64,000 bases of DNA from Lama guanicoe (lineage: Eukaryota): the NCBI GenBank assembly GCA_013239625.1, contig MU054338.1:3309371-3373370 (forward strand), in the 5' to 3' direction. Position numbers and translations under genes: made by a program. Positions within the stretch are counted from its first letter, which is position 1; the number at the start of each line of letters is the position of its first letter. Shown here piece after piece: positions 52,513 through 64,000 of the stretch. The notes beneath the pieces were generated by a model. That model worked only from the letters and a program-made list of their open reading frames with translations, was not told the DNA's origin and ran no database searches.

Positions 52513-53236
52513 CCCTAGACCGGTGGTCCCCTCCCTTCCTCCCATCCTCTTGCAGTAGAATGGATGTCTTCCCACTCAGGCTTGGCCTCAGCCCACAGGT
52601 GACTAGGAGACCAGGGTCACCACCCTGAGCCCAGCTTCTGTGATCCTAGGCTGGCTTCTCTAGTCCACAGCTCCCCTGAGACATCTGCAGTGCCTCCTGC
52701 ACGGTGCCCAGTCCTGGGGACCGCTGTGATGCTGTGACATAGAGGGAGAGGCTCCCAGAACGTGCGGTCTGTGGGGGGGGTGTTCAGGATCTAGACAGTG
52801 GAGGAGGGGGAGGCAGGACCCCATTTCAGTCCTAATCCTGTTTGCCCCTCGCTTAAAGCTCTCAGACATAAGGGACTCTACTGGCCAGGCCAGAGCCTGC
52901 TTGAGGCGAGTTCTGCCCAGGGACAAGGTGCCGAGCCTCTGTTCCCGAAGCCTGAGGCAGGGACACAGGGGTGTGTGAGCATCTTCTCCAGATCATGTTC
53001 GTTTCCCTGTTTGCTCTTTGGGGACTGGCAGCTTTCCCTCTCTTCCTAACCTTTGGAATTGCTGCTGTTATAAAACATTCCATGTGCATTTTACCTAGCT
53101 GGGGGCTTGCATGTCTGATGGGAGGCAGTGCGTGGTCTTTGGGCTCCCGAATGGGTCGGGGTGCTGTGTTGGACCATGTGCAGGTAAGGGTGCGATTAGG
53201 TTGGGTGGACCAGAGGCTCTCAGTGAGGGGATGTAG

Positions 53237-53560
<324 letters not shown>

Positions 53561-54439
53561 TGAGTCACCTGGCGACCCCTGCCCCTTGCCGGCTGCTCCT
53601 CTGCTGGCAGGGGCTGCAGGCTGTCCCCATCCCCCACTTCCTTTCCTTCCTCCTCTTTCTTCTCCTCCATTCCTCTCTGCTTCAGAGTCAAAATGCATTT
53701 CTCAGGCCCAGCTTCCTCCTTGGGCAGTTGGGGCCTCATGGCCAGCACTCTTTGCTGTCAGGGACTCGGGATCCTTCCAACTCCTCGTCTATCCTCCAGC
53801 TCCTGGGAGGTGGGCCCTCTGGCCCTCTCAGGATGACACACACTGTCCCTCTCATGCTTCCAGCTTGCGATCTTGGGTGGGAGAGCCCCTCTGTGTCAGG
53901 GCTGCTCGGCCCTGGCCCCTTCTTGGCTCCGAGTGATGGCAGGAGGTGCAAGGCTCAGGCCCAGAGCTCACTCTTATGGGCTGCACCCCTGCCGTTTCAC
54001 ACCTGTGGTTTCTTGTTCTGGTGCCTCTGATAACGTCGTTGCTTGGATCTGCAGTCACGGAGGTGACCACAGCGACCTGTCCCCTAGACACCCTCTGCCA
54101 CCCCATTCCACTTTGTGGACCCCTCCCAGCCTGCCTTCCAGTGAGAGTGGTTGATGCCTGGTCACTGCCTGGTGTCAGGCGGGGAAGGAGAGGGCAAAAG
54201 TGGTTGTACCCTCTTGGCTTCAGCACTGAGGCTGTGGGGATGCGGGTGGTGGGCCTGAACTGGGGAGCGAGAGGCCATGCCGTGCACCCTCGGGAGGGTC
54301 AGTCTCCGTCGTGCTCTTGTTCTGGGAAACGTCCGGGCTCTCAGGGCCTGAGCTGCTCATGGACAGAGTCCAAACAGATGCCCTTTTGGTGCCCGAGGAA
54401 GGTCAGCAGGTCCTCACCAGCCCTGGGGTGTGGCTGGAG

Positions 54440-54800
54440 CAGCGGGGCGGCCCAGAGCAGGCTGGCCAGCGTCCTGAGGGTCAGTGTTACAGCTTCGAGG
54501 CCTGGCGGACTCTCGCGTGGCCACTCAGCTCCAGGGGGGCCGCCCAAGGCGGGATGGTCCATAAACAATGAGTGTGGCGTGTCCCAGTAAAACTTTATTT
54601 ATGGAGACTGGAGTGGGAATTTCATAGCGTTTTCACATGCTACAGAATGTTATTACTCTTTTAAGTCTTGAACCATTTAAAAGAATAAACGTCGTTCCTA
54701 GCTTGTGGGAAGCACTGAAACAGGCAGCGGGTGGATCTGGGCCTCAGGTGAGGTTTTCCATCTGAGCTGGTCGCTGCGGGCCGGTCTGGTCCCCTGACCA
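54440..54800. mobile_element. MER58B
   Basis: ccagtaaaactttatttatgga...gaatttcatagcgttttcacatg...aaccatttaaaa...aacaggcagcggg. Confidence 0.75.
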
Positions 54801-55879
54801 TGGACAGCACCTCCCCAGGGCCTGGGCCCTGAGGGATCGGGGGCTCAGCCAATTCCTTCCTTGGGCGCCACCTCCTTGGCGGAGCTCCCACACTGCAGCC
54901 TGGCCCAGAACCTTCTCCCTGGGGGCACTATTCACCTTTCATTGCACCGTCATCCGTGTGTCTCTCCCAGCCCTGGCCCCTCTCTGCTTTCATCTGCTCC
55001 TGACAGCCTGTGTGAAGGTGAGTCTCTCTTCTGATTTCTCTTGTTGTGGCTCCTTGTGGTTTTTGGCACTCCTGTGTGTTCCTCATGGAAAGCGCCTTCT
55101 CGGCGAGGCCCATCCAGGCAGTTCCTGACCTCTCCGCACGCAGTGCGCAGGCTGACCGGCCGGCAGCGCCCGGCTCCCCAGCCAGACTGGTATTTGCATG
55201 ATGGTTAGTTGGTTGTGGCTCAGGCTAATTTCAGCAGAGAGGCTGCTGGGAAATGGGGCCTCACTCCAGGATGGAATTGGATTAGAGGCTGTCAGAGGAG
55301 CCTGTCAGGAGGACGAGGACCCAGCCGCCGGGCCTTAGCTGGCACCTAGTGTGCACAGAGGGTGAGCCCCAGGCCCCCTGCTGCCCCCCTCGGCACATCA
55401 TGTGCTACTCCTTACTAGAGCGGCCTTTCTCCCGCCCCGCCTCCCTGTGTGCCAGCCTGGGGCTGAATGACAAATTTAGTCATGTTCCCAAAGATGTAAT
55501 TTTCTTTAAAGCCGTTAGTATATAAGATAAGGTTGATTCCCCCTCTCTTTTTAAAAGTCACTGGCAAGGGGTGGGGGTTTTTGAAGAGGCTGACTGGGGA
55601 CTCACATTTGAAAGCCCAAGGCCAAGTTGGATGTCATGGCTCCTCCGCCCCACCCCCAGTGCCTGAGCAGTGTTGGCCCTTAGAAGTCCCTTGTGAATTT
55701 CTCTCCTGGCCACGTGGCCACCCTGTCCTCGCCCGGCTGTGTCTGGTCTCCAGGGCCACCAACACCCCTGAGCCTCCCTTGTTGGAGGATTGGTTTAGGA
55801 GGAGGTATGGCATCACCTGAAAATCCTTGGTTTGGGCCAGATGGGTCCTGGGGCGAGGGGCGAATCTGGCTCTGGCCCG

Positions 55880-56050
55880 AGACCAAGATCTCCCCTTGGC
55901 ACTGCTGGTCATTCTCTAGGAGGGCCGTCCGGAGCACTGGGGGGTATGGATCAACATCCCTGGCCCCACCCACTCGATACCAGGACCCCCCCCAGTGTGA
56001 CAACCACAGATTCCCCAGACGCAGCCCGGTGTCCCTGCCCGAGGGCTCAG
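55880..56050. mobile_element. MER20 remnant
   Basis: catccctggccccacccactcgatacca...ccagtgtgacaaccacagatt. Confidence 0.65.
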
Positions 56051-57929
56051 CATTGGGGTGGGCTCCTTGCCCACCCTGTGTATCTCCCTCCACCACGCCC
56101 CTGCAGCCTGGCCTTCTCCTTGGGGATACTACAGTGGCTCTCTGGGCCTTGCCTCGCCACCCCTCGAGGTGCCTTCCTGACAGCCCCCGCACCGTGCCCC
56201 AGATGTCATCTCAGAACAGACAGGTGTTGGCCCTTCCGGGAGAAAATGATGGCCTCCCGTGGATTTACCTTCCACATCTAAATCTTGTCGGGTGAATTGA
56301 CCCCTCACGTGACAGGCAGGGCCTGTAACCTGTGACTTCCTTATCCTTGCTGTGCGGCGCCTTCACCGTTGCCACCAGGCAGGACCCCAGCCTGGCACTC
56401 AGGCCGCGTGGAGCCTGGTGCTCTGCCCAGGCTGGCGTCTTGGCCATACTCCCACTCTGCCCACCCGCACGAACAGCCCTTCTCCATATGCAGATTGTCT
56501 TTTCCTCTCGGCTCCTGATTACTTCCATCAAGAGCTTCAAGGAACACTCTGCATCACCCACATGTTCCAGCAGGTGTACATTCTGCACAGAGCATCTGAG
56601 TGGCCACTGCGGCCACCTTGCTCAGAGGGGAAGCGGGAGGGGAGGGGATGTGTGCTCCTCTCTGGACCCATGGGGCCCCATCCTCCCCGGCTTCTGCTAG
56701 CTCCCACATGGGAGCCCACCAGCCCTGCTCGCCTACCCCTGAAGCTGCCACCTGCCACCTCTCCACCTACCGTCCTCCATCACTATGGAAACAAGGAGCT
56801 GGGGGCAGATCCCAGCCCCCTCTGCCACCCCTAGACCCACGAGGGGCTAGCCTCGTCTCCCCTCTCTTCCCTGTGCCTCACGTCCTGGCCAGGCTGGACA
56901 GCAGTGAGTCTCTGACCTGGCTCTTGCTGGGACTCTGATCCTGCCGCGCACGAGCCCTTTGCCCCACACAGAGCTCCTGGCCACTGGGAAGGGGCCAGGA
57001 CCCCTGGAGCTTGTTGGGGCTGTGACTTCCCCAGAAAACACTCTGCAGTTTCTCCAAGGTGAAACCCACTAAACGCTGCACCTCCTCACCCCTGGGGCTG
57101 GGATGCTGGGAGGAAGAGGATGTGACTCTAGGCCAGGAAACCCTGAGTCCCCCTGGGGAGTCAGAAGTCCTGGGTGGCAGTCTCGCCTTGGGGAGCCTGA
57201 GGGGCTGTGTGCCCTGGCCCCTCAGTGAGGGCCCCTCTCTGCCTTTCCTGCCACCTGTGGCCCAAGGCCACCTGCTGCCATCTTGGAAATATGAGTGTAG
57301 GTATTTGGACTCACCGTTGATATGTGGTTCTTACCATCTTAACCAAGTAATGTGTAGCTGAGCCTGGCAGGTAAAGTGCATGTCTCCCTCCACCCTCCCC
57401 TGAAACACCATGGAAATGACTGTGAAGGAGGGACAGAGAAGTGGAGGGGGGACAAGCAGCCCAACAGACTTTGAAGGGAGGAAAGGGTGGGCAGGTGATA
57501 CCTGACTTTGTAGCACAGAGAAAACACGGTTTGTGGGTCTGCAGATGGTGAGTGGGCCAGTCATGCCGCGGAATTCCAGAAGGGCCTAGGACTCCACCAT
57601 GGGCACCTGCTGGGGCGGGGACCACGGTGGGCTGGAGGCAGGCATGAGAGGAATTGCTGAACTCAGGGCCCTCTCCCATCATCCCATTTCCCAGCAGAAG
57701 GTGGTGGCCCTGCTGCCTGGTGAGGTCAAACCTGCCAGCATCACGTATCCCCAGTCCTGGGGCTGGGTCAGAGGGGCCCAGCGGGACAAAGCCCCAGATC
57801 TGACATCAGGTGTCCCCCAGGAAGTGACAGGGTTCCCGTCCTCCTGCTCCCCTCCAATGAGCCCTGCTCGCACACAGCTGCCAGCGAGTGTCTTGGTCCC
57901 TCACACATTACAGTCCCTAAACCTCTGAG

Positions 57930-58950
57930 GAAACTCAGTGTGAAAACATCTCACACAAAAAAGAAAAGGAGGACCCCATGGAAGAGGCTGTGCAGCAAGC
58001 AGAAGAAAACTTATTTCTCTTACAAAAGAGAGGGTGACTTGGCATTTATGGAAGAACACCCTGTTGTATAGAAAAAAAGACATTTACGAAAGTCTTGCAC
58101 ATTTAAAAGAGTAAAGAAACATAAGAGGTGGGTTGGGAGATGGCTTGAGAAAATTGAGAGTGAAGATATTTCACAGCTTGGGTTAAACAGAAGATCCCTA
58201 AGCTTCTGGAATGAACAAACAGGTCAACGTAAAGAACACAGGGCCTGAACGGCATTAGACTTGGCAGTTGTGATGCTACAAGCTAATAGACAAAGGACAA
58301 GGACCTCAAAGGTCAGAAGAGCAGTCATATCAGCCCAGAAGTGTGCACCCAGCTAATTACCAACTCCATGTGGGAGAGCAATAAAGATCATTTTAGACAT
58401 GCAAATTCTCAGATTTTCTCTCCTTTCTGAGAAAGCTGCTGGAGGATGTGCTCCAGCTAAACAAGGGCAGCAACCAAGAAAGACATGGAATCAAGAAAAA
58501 TGGATCCAACCCAGGAGGGCCCAAGGCAGTCTCAAGATAAGAGGGAGGTCCCTGGGGTGTCACTGAGGCACATGTGGCCCCTGCCTGAGAGGCCACATCG
58601 AGAGCTTGGAGATGACCAAAAAAGCTAAGCATCTAGGAGAGGGAACCAGTTAACTCTAGGAAGAGCAAGCAAAGAATGCAGCGCGAGTAGCCCTGTTGCT
58701 TGTGGATGAACTATTCTTACAGGGTCAAAAACATATAATACGGAATTTTGCCACAACCAGAGACAGTGGCAGATGTGGGGAGAGAAGCCAGGAAGGGTAG
58801 AGGAGTGCAGGACAGCCACACCCTAAGTGTGCTGGCAACTCGGCAGAGAAGCCAGAAACAAAAAGTGAAACAGCAGCAGTGTGAGGAGAAATATGGAAGA
58901 CAATACGAGAAGAAATGGCTAAGAGTGGGGGTGTTGTTTCGGCCAGACTG
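57930..58950 (+). mobile_element. HAL1 (half-L1) remnant
   Basis: A-rich; gaaagctgctggaggatgtgctccagctaaacaaggg...aaccaagaaagacatgg resembles the HAL1 consensus as recalled. Confidence 0.7.
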
Positions 58951-60652
58951 TGATGAGGATGTGCGAGGCGGATGCCCCCCGCCCAGCTGGCAGCAGGTCA
59001 ACTGTAGATTCTCCCAGCGTCATTTCCCAGCTCGTGTTCTCCTGAAGCAGGTTCTCCTCTGCATGCTGATGTTCAGCTGGCTGTCCTTGCTGCAGTAGGG
59101 CCTGGCCCTTCGCCTGCGTCTTTGCACCTGGTTTCCCCTGTTTTGGGGGGTCTCTGCATTAGCGAGGCCCAGGGGCTGCTGGGGGTTTGGTGCTGGGGCT
59201 GGGGGCCCAGCTCTGAGCCCAGTGGTGTGTTGGGGGCCGAAGAAGGCCTGGACTCTCGGGACCCTGGGGGTGGGTGGGGCAGGGTCAGAAGGGGCCCCCA
59301 GGGTTGGTTCCACGGTCGGAGGCGGGGAGGGCAAGGGAGGAGGTGAGGAGCCGGGCAGCCAGGTGAGTTGGCTGCAGGAGGGCACCCTTCTGCTGGGTGC
59401 TGTCCCGGGCCAGTAGTAGGGGGTTTGCTCGTGGGCGCCTGGCCCTGCAGCATTCCCAGAGCTGGAGAGAAGCCTCCGCGGGACAGCTGGTGAAAAGCCC
59501 GGGGCCCCCCACCTGTCTCCGAGTGGGGGCTGCCCCTGGTGTTCCCTAGAGCCATGTCCCCGGGGAGGCCTGAGTCTCTAGTCTCTCGTGCCCCCTTCCT
59601 CCCACATCTGTCCCCCACCCACCTGTCCCCACGCACCCTCCCCCTGCAGCAAGCCCTTGCACGCCATGCTGTGTGTGACGCCATGCCTCTGCCCATGCGC
59701 TCTCCCTGGAATGCTCCTTGCTTTCTGCCTCTGATCATCAGGGTGGTTCATGGTGCAAACATCAAGTAGGGCTTGTCATGCGCTGGGCATGGCCTGGGCT
59801 CAGGGCACAGAGCAGCCACCAGCCAGGGGCCCTGGAGTTAGGCAGCCGAGCAGCAAGCAGCGAGGGACCCAGGGTGGTTAGTAGTTAGCCTTAGAGGAAG
59901 GTTAGAAGGAAGCCCCCGGGGCCAGCAGGGGCCAGTAGGGAGGCAGCAAGGACGCTGTCAGGTCCCAGCATCCTGCAGGGAGGGCAGGGCTGCTGCAGAT
60001 GCCCCTGGGGGAACATGAGAGTCCCGGTACCTGGAGACCTCGGGGCTTCCCTGGCCCACCCGGCCTCAGTCAGCCAGCCCTGCTCCTCCTTCGTGAGAGC
60101 TTGGTCACATGAGGTGCAGCTGCCAGGCAGCTCTTTAGGGTCCCCTGTAAGGTCTTGGCGTCTGACCCCCTAGGACCACATGCGGAGCTCCCCATGGGAG
60201 GGAAGCCACAGCCTGGAGCCAACAGCTCTCTGAGCCTCAGTGAGGCCTGGAGCATGAGGCTGTTACAGCATCCTGGTCAACGCCGAGCTCCCCCTGGCCA
60301 CTGCCCCGATCCTGGGGCCATCATATACATCCTAAGTCCAAAAAGCTCTCCCCTCCCTGGAGAACAGGCAGGGACGTGCCCTGGCCACTAACCTGAAGCC
60401 CCAACACCCTTTGTTGCTTTCCTTTCTTCCTTTTAACCCTGATTCCCCCTTGTTTGCACTAAGAAGCTGCCACTCAGCCTCAGCTGGGATTCTCACTTGG
60501 GGCCCAAGGGCCGCCTCTGTCCCCAGACTGTTCCATCTTCCGAGTCCAGGCCCTGCCCTGGACGCCTTCGTTGGGGAGGGGGCCCTAGGGGCCGCTTAGA
60601 GAGGGAGCCGGGCGGGTGGCTAGAGAAAAACCCCCTGACGTTTACATTCTAG

Positions 60653-60754
60653 ACAAATTAGTCTGAAAGAAAACAGACACTGGAAAAAGGCTGAGGAGGA
60701 GAGGAAACCAAATCTAGAGAGGAAGAAAGAGCAGACCAGGAGGCCGGGGCTGGC
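60653..60754 (+). CDS. KDM4B: KDM4B in-frame alternative (cassette) exon, 102 nt, phase 2->2: (R)QISLKENRHWKKAEEERKPNLERKKEQTRRPGL(A)
   Basis: Branch-like ccctgac at 60633-60639; acceptor tttacattctag|A; donor GGC|gtaagt at 60755; open in the KDM4B frame; purine-rich. Resembles a segment recalled from mouse Kdm4b (RQISVKESRPWRKAEEE...). Confidence 0.88.
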
Positions 60755-61118
60755 GTAAGTGCACCTTTTGTCTCATCCAGGCGTTTTCCACGAGCTGCTG
60801 TTTCCATCCAGTCCGCGCTCCCATCTCCCCCCACCTCCCCCACCAGGCTCCTGGAGCCGGTCCCTCCCGCCATCCCATCTCAGCTGCCATCAGCACCCGC
60901 TTAACACCGCCCATCATTGCCATCACCCTCCCCTCCCCCAGGCCTCTCTCCCCTCACCGCTCCTGCCCTCGGGAGCAGCCCCACCCGGGCCTGCTCCCCC
61001 TGCCCTCCTGTGGGGCACTCTTCTGGGGTGCTCTGTCTGCGGGAAGAACGGGATACACCATCCAGGGGCTTCTCCCCTCTGTTGTTTTGTCCTCAGTCTG
61101 ATAAACCTCCCTCCCCAG

Positions 61119-61318
61119 GTCTCACCGGAAACGGAGCCAACCCAAGAAGCCCAAGCCGGATGACCCCAAGTCTCCTGGCGAGGGGGCAGCCGGGGCGGCC
61201 CTCCCAGAGGAGGCCTGTGGCGGCGGGAAGGAAGAGGCTGCACCAGAGGCCGACCTCGAGGAGGACGAGGAGGAACCCCAGCTGTTGCCGCAGGGCCGGG
61301 AGGCTGAGGGCTCTGAAG
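61119..61318 (+). CDS. KDM4B: KDM4B coding exon (about exon 11, 200 nt, phase 2->1): [66 protein letters not shown]
   Basis: Acceptor cctccctccccag|G; donor GAAG|gtcagt at 61319; basic then acidic linker similar to human KDM4B. Confidence 0.95.
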
Positions 61319-64000
61319 GTCAGTCCCGCTCGGTGCTGGCACCTTCCTGACCCCCAGCTTGCCTGGCCAGAGTCCCTGTCCTTTCAGAATCCAGTTCATG
61401 TGCTTTGTTGACAGGGAGGGCGTTGTATAAAAAGGGCCTTTCTAGGGTGCTGCGAGGAGTCCCTCTTCTCCAGGGAACTGAGGAGAGGCTGTCCCCGTCT
61501 GGCCAGCTGCTCTAACAACATCCACAGGCGGGCAGCTGGAGTCAAGGGGCTCCACTCCTCGCAGTGTGGCCGAGTTCCCTTGAGGGCTGGCCTCCTGGTT
61601 TGCTCGTGACCCTCTCACTGTGTCCTCACAGGACAGGGAGGGCCAGCGAGCCCCCAGCCTCTATTACAAGGTCGCCGATCCTCCACGAGGGCCCTGCCCT
61701 CGTGCTGCAGTCACCTCCCAACTGTCACATGGAGGGGCAGGATCCAGCATGTATTTGGGGGAACATGGACATCGAGTCCATTTGGGTGTTAACCTGCTCA
61801 GAGGTGAAAGAAGGTGGCCCTCTGTTTGTGGCCAGACTCTGGACGTGCCTGCCGTGGGGACGTCCCGACTGCCGGCTGACGTCAAAGACAAGAGTGAACC
61901 TGGGGTCTGTGGTGGTGTGTCTCAGAAACTCTTTACACTTGCTGGGGCCTGTTAGCCGTGGACTAGCACTCTGTGTGTGTTCTGAGGTCCTCCACTCCTA
62001 CGGCGGATGGTGGTTCTTTACCCTAATTTGCACCTTCAGCTGCTCACGTTTGCACATGACAGCTGCTCCCCACGTGTAAAGGGCGTGCCAGCAGGGCTGG
62101 GAGGCTGGTGACATATTGCTCAGCAGTGATGCCTCAGGCCCCTGTCACAGGCCATGGGTCGCTGGAGGGTTCCACTTGGGTCCTCAGTCTCCTCTTCGGG
62201 CCTGTGTCTTGGAGTGTGTGAGCCCAGCATGACTGTCTGGCTTGGGGTCATGCCCTCCCTGGGGTGCTGTGCCCGTGGCTGGTGTCACAGATGATGGGGC
62301 ATTCAAAGAGACTGTCTGTGTGGGCCAGGCGTGTGCTCCCGCCGTTCCCACAGGCTGGAAGGGTGAATGTCCTTGAGGGGACCCCAGGAGACTGAGACAG
62401 GGGAGAGTGGGGTGTTTCCTGGGTAAATCGCATGCTGGTGTGTCCATGCCACTTGCCTGGTGAGCATCTTGAAATGACCCAGCACCACACAGGAGGGTCT
62501 GGACAGCCCAGGGAGGCAAGACATGGAGAGGCAGGGCGGCCGGGTAGGAGAGAAGAGCGCGTGGCACTGTCTGGGTGCAGGCGCAGTTACCCCTGTAGAA
62601 ACAGTCCCCAAGACTAAGCCCTAGTTACTAGGGGGCCCACCCGGAATGCTGGCCCCTCTAGAAAGGAAGTAGTCCGGTTGGGGCATCGAGGGGGGCTGCC
62701 ACAGCCCAGGGAGCCGTGTGCCCGACAGGAGCTAGCCCTCGAGCACTGGAAGGGAAGGTCACTCTGAATGCCTCAAAACAGTAAGTGCTCACAGTTGGGG
62801 GAGACAGCAAACACGTCCAGGGAATGAGTGGAAGATTTTAAAGCGGCTTCTAGACTTCCTTTAATGCCAGCTTAACATCCCGCGAAGCTGTGTGTGTACC
62901 GATGGCGTCGGACGCTTTGGTTTCCTGTTGGTGGAGGGGGAATCCTGCTGCTCCAGGAGGCGCTCTGACTAGGGAGAGGGTGGGAGGTGCCTGGGCTCTG
63001 CAGGGACGGGGAGGGGCGAGAGGGGCCAGGGCTGGTGAATGTGTCACTTGGCCTGGGGAGGGGGCTGCCGTCCCACCTGGCTGCCAGGGTTCCCACTCTG
63101 CTCCCACACCGAGGGTCTGCGAGAGCTGCTGTCTGGGGCCTGGCCCTGGGATGGCCTGGCAGCCTCCCCCGCACCCAGCCCTGAGCCTGGGCGGGCCCCA
63201 AGCAGAATGCAGGAAGGCAGCTCTGGAGCTGGGGGACAGCGGGGCAGCGCCAGGCCCCATGAGGGTGGTTCCAGAGCATGTGGTCCCATCACAGTGCTGT
63301 CCTGCTTCCCGGGCCCAGCAGACAGCCGGCAGGACCTTGCCTGAGGGCCGGGGAGGGCGCCTGCAGCAGGCTGCTGTCACTCCCCTTCCCTCACCCGGGA
63401 GCGACCCTGCAGCCTGTGAGGCCTTGGGATGGGACAGCAAGGCCGCTGCGCCCAGCAGCGAGCGGTGGGGCGGACTGGGCTGGTGTTTACTCTCAGACCG
63501 AGTATGTCCCCGGGCCGGGCCGGGGCTCTGCTCGGGAGGGACTTGGTGCTGGTGGGAGTGGCCCAGACCATAGGGGCCAGGACAGTCTAGCTCAGGCCGG
63601 GTGGGACGGGGTCCCTAAGCCAGGCAGCGGTCCTGCGCCCAGTGCTCTCCCCTGGGAGAACTTTGGGGGGAGAGGAGTATGGGGGCCCTGGGCGCTGGCA
63701 GGGCAGTGACACGTGTCCATGAAGAGACTCTTGGCTATGACTCCCTGCAAAAAAAGTGCCAGAAAGGGCCTCGGCTCGTCTGCGGGGCGGGGGGGTCTCT
63801 GTCATTCTGCCTGCCCCACCCCTCAGGAGGCAAGAGGCCCTGTGAGCTGGGGAAGGACCCGGCTCAGACCCTCAGCCCTTTCTGAGCCACTGCCCTGGGT
63901 TCCGTCTTGAGGCCCCTTCTGGCAGGCCAGCTGAGGGGTTTTCCAGGTGTGACCCTGCCCTGGGTCTGTGGTGGTTCCCACGGCACAAGCACAGAGCCCG

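Noticed and set aside
54790..54812. REST/RE1-like ACCATGGACAGCACC
   Set aside because: Only the right half matches, the TCAGC left half is missing, and it lies at the edge of a MER58 relic.
62756..62772. Estrogen-response-element-like AGGTCActcTGAATG
   Set aside because: Second half-site is too degenerate; such matches are common by chance.

Overview
GC-rich mammalian genomic DNA, most likely camelid (inferred from four copies of a vic-1-like tRNA-derived SINE). The whole window lies inside the histone demethylase gene KDM4B (JMJD2B) on the + strand. It holds seven constitutive coding exons of 115, 194, 50, 104, 138, 197 and 200 nt (about human exons 5-11). These encode the JmjN-JmjC linker, the complete JmjC domain and the start of the basic/acidic linker, all with GT-AG sites in a continuous reading frame. 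An eighth, 102-nt in-frame cassette exon (60653-60754) is absent from the ORF track and is followed by a dense YCAY (NOVA-type) cluster. The introns contain old L1/HAL1, MLT1, Tigger1, MER58, MER20, MER3 and MIR relics, lineage SINEs, simple repeats and several non-repetitive motif-rich islands. Most notable are the cassette exon, a 486-nt phase-0/0 stop-free JmjC module (exons 6-9) bracketed by inverted repeats (circRNA or skipping candidate), and candidate poison/terminal exons. I found no prokaryotic, viral or CRISPR-type system, and nearly all ORF-track entries are spurious. Exon numbering, residue numbers and repeat family names come from recall and need database confirmation.
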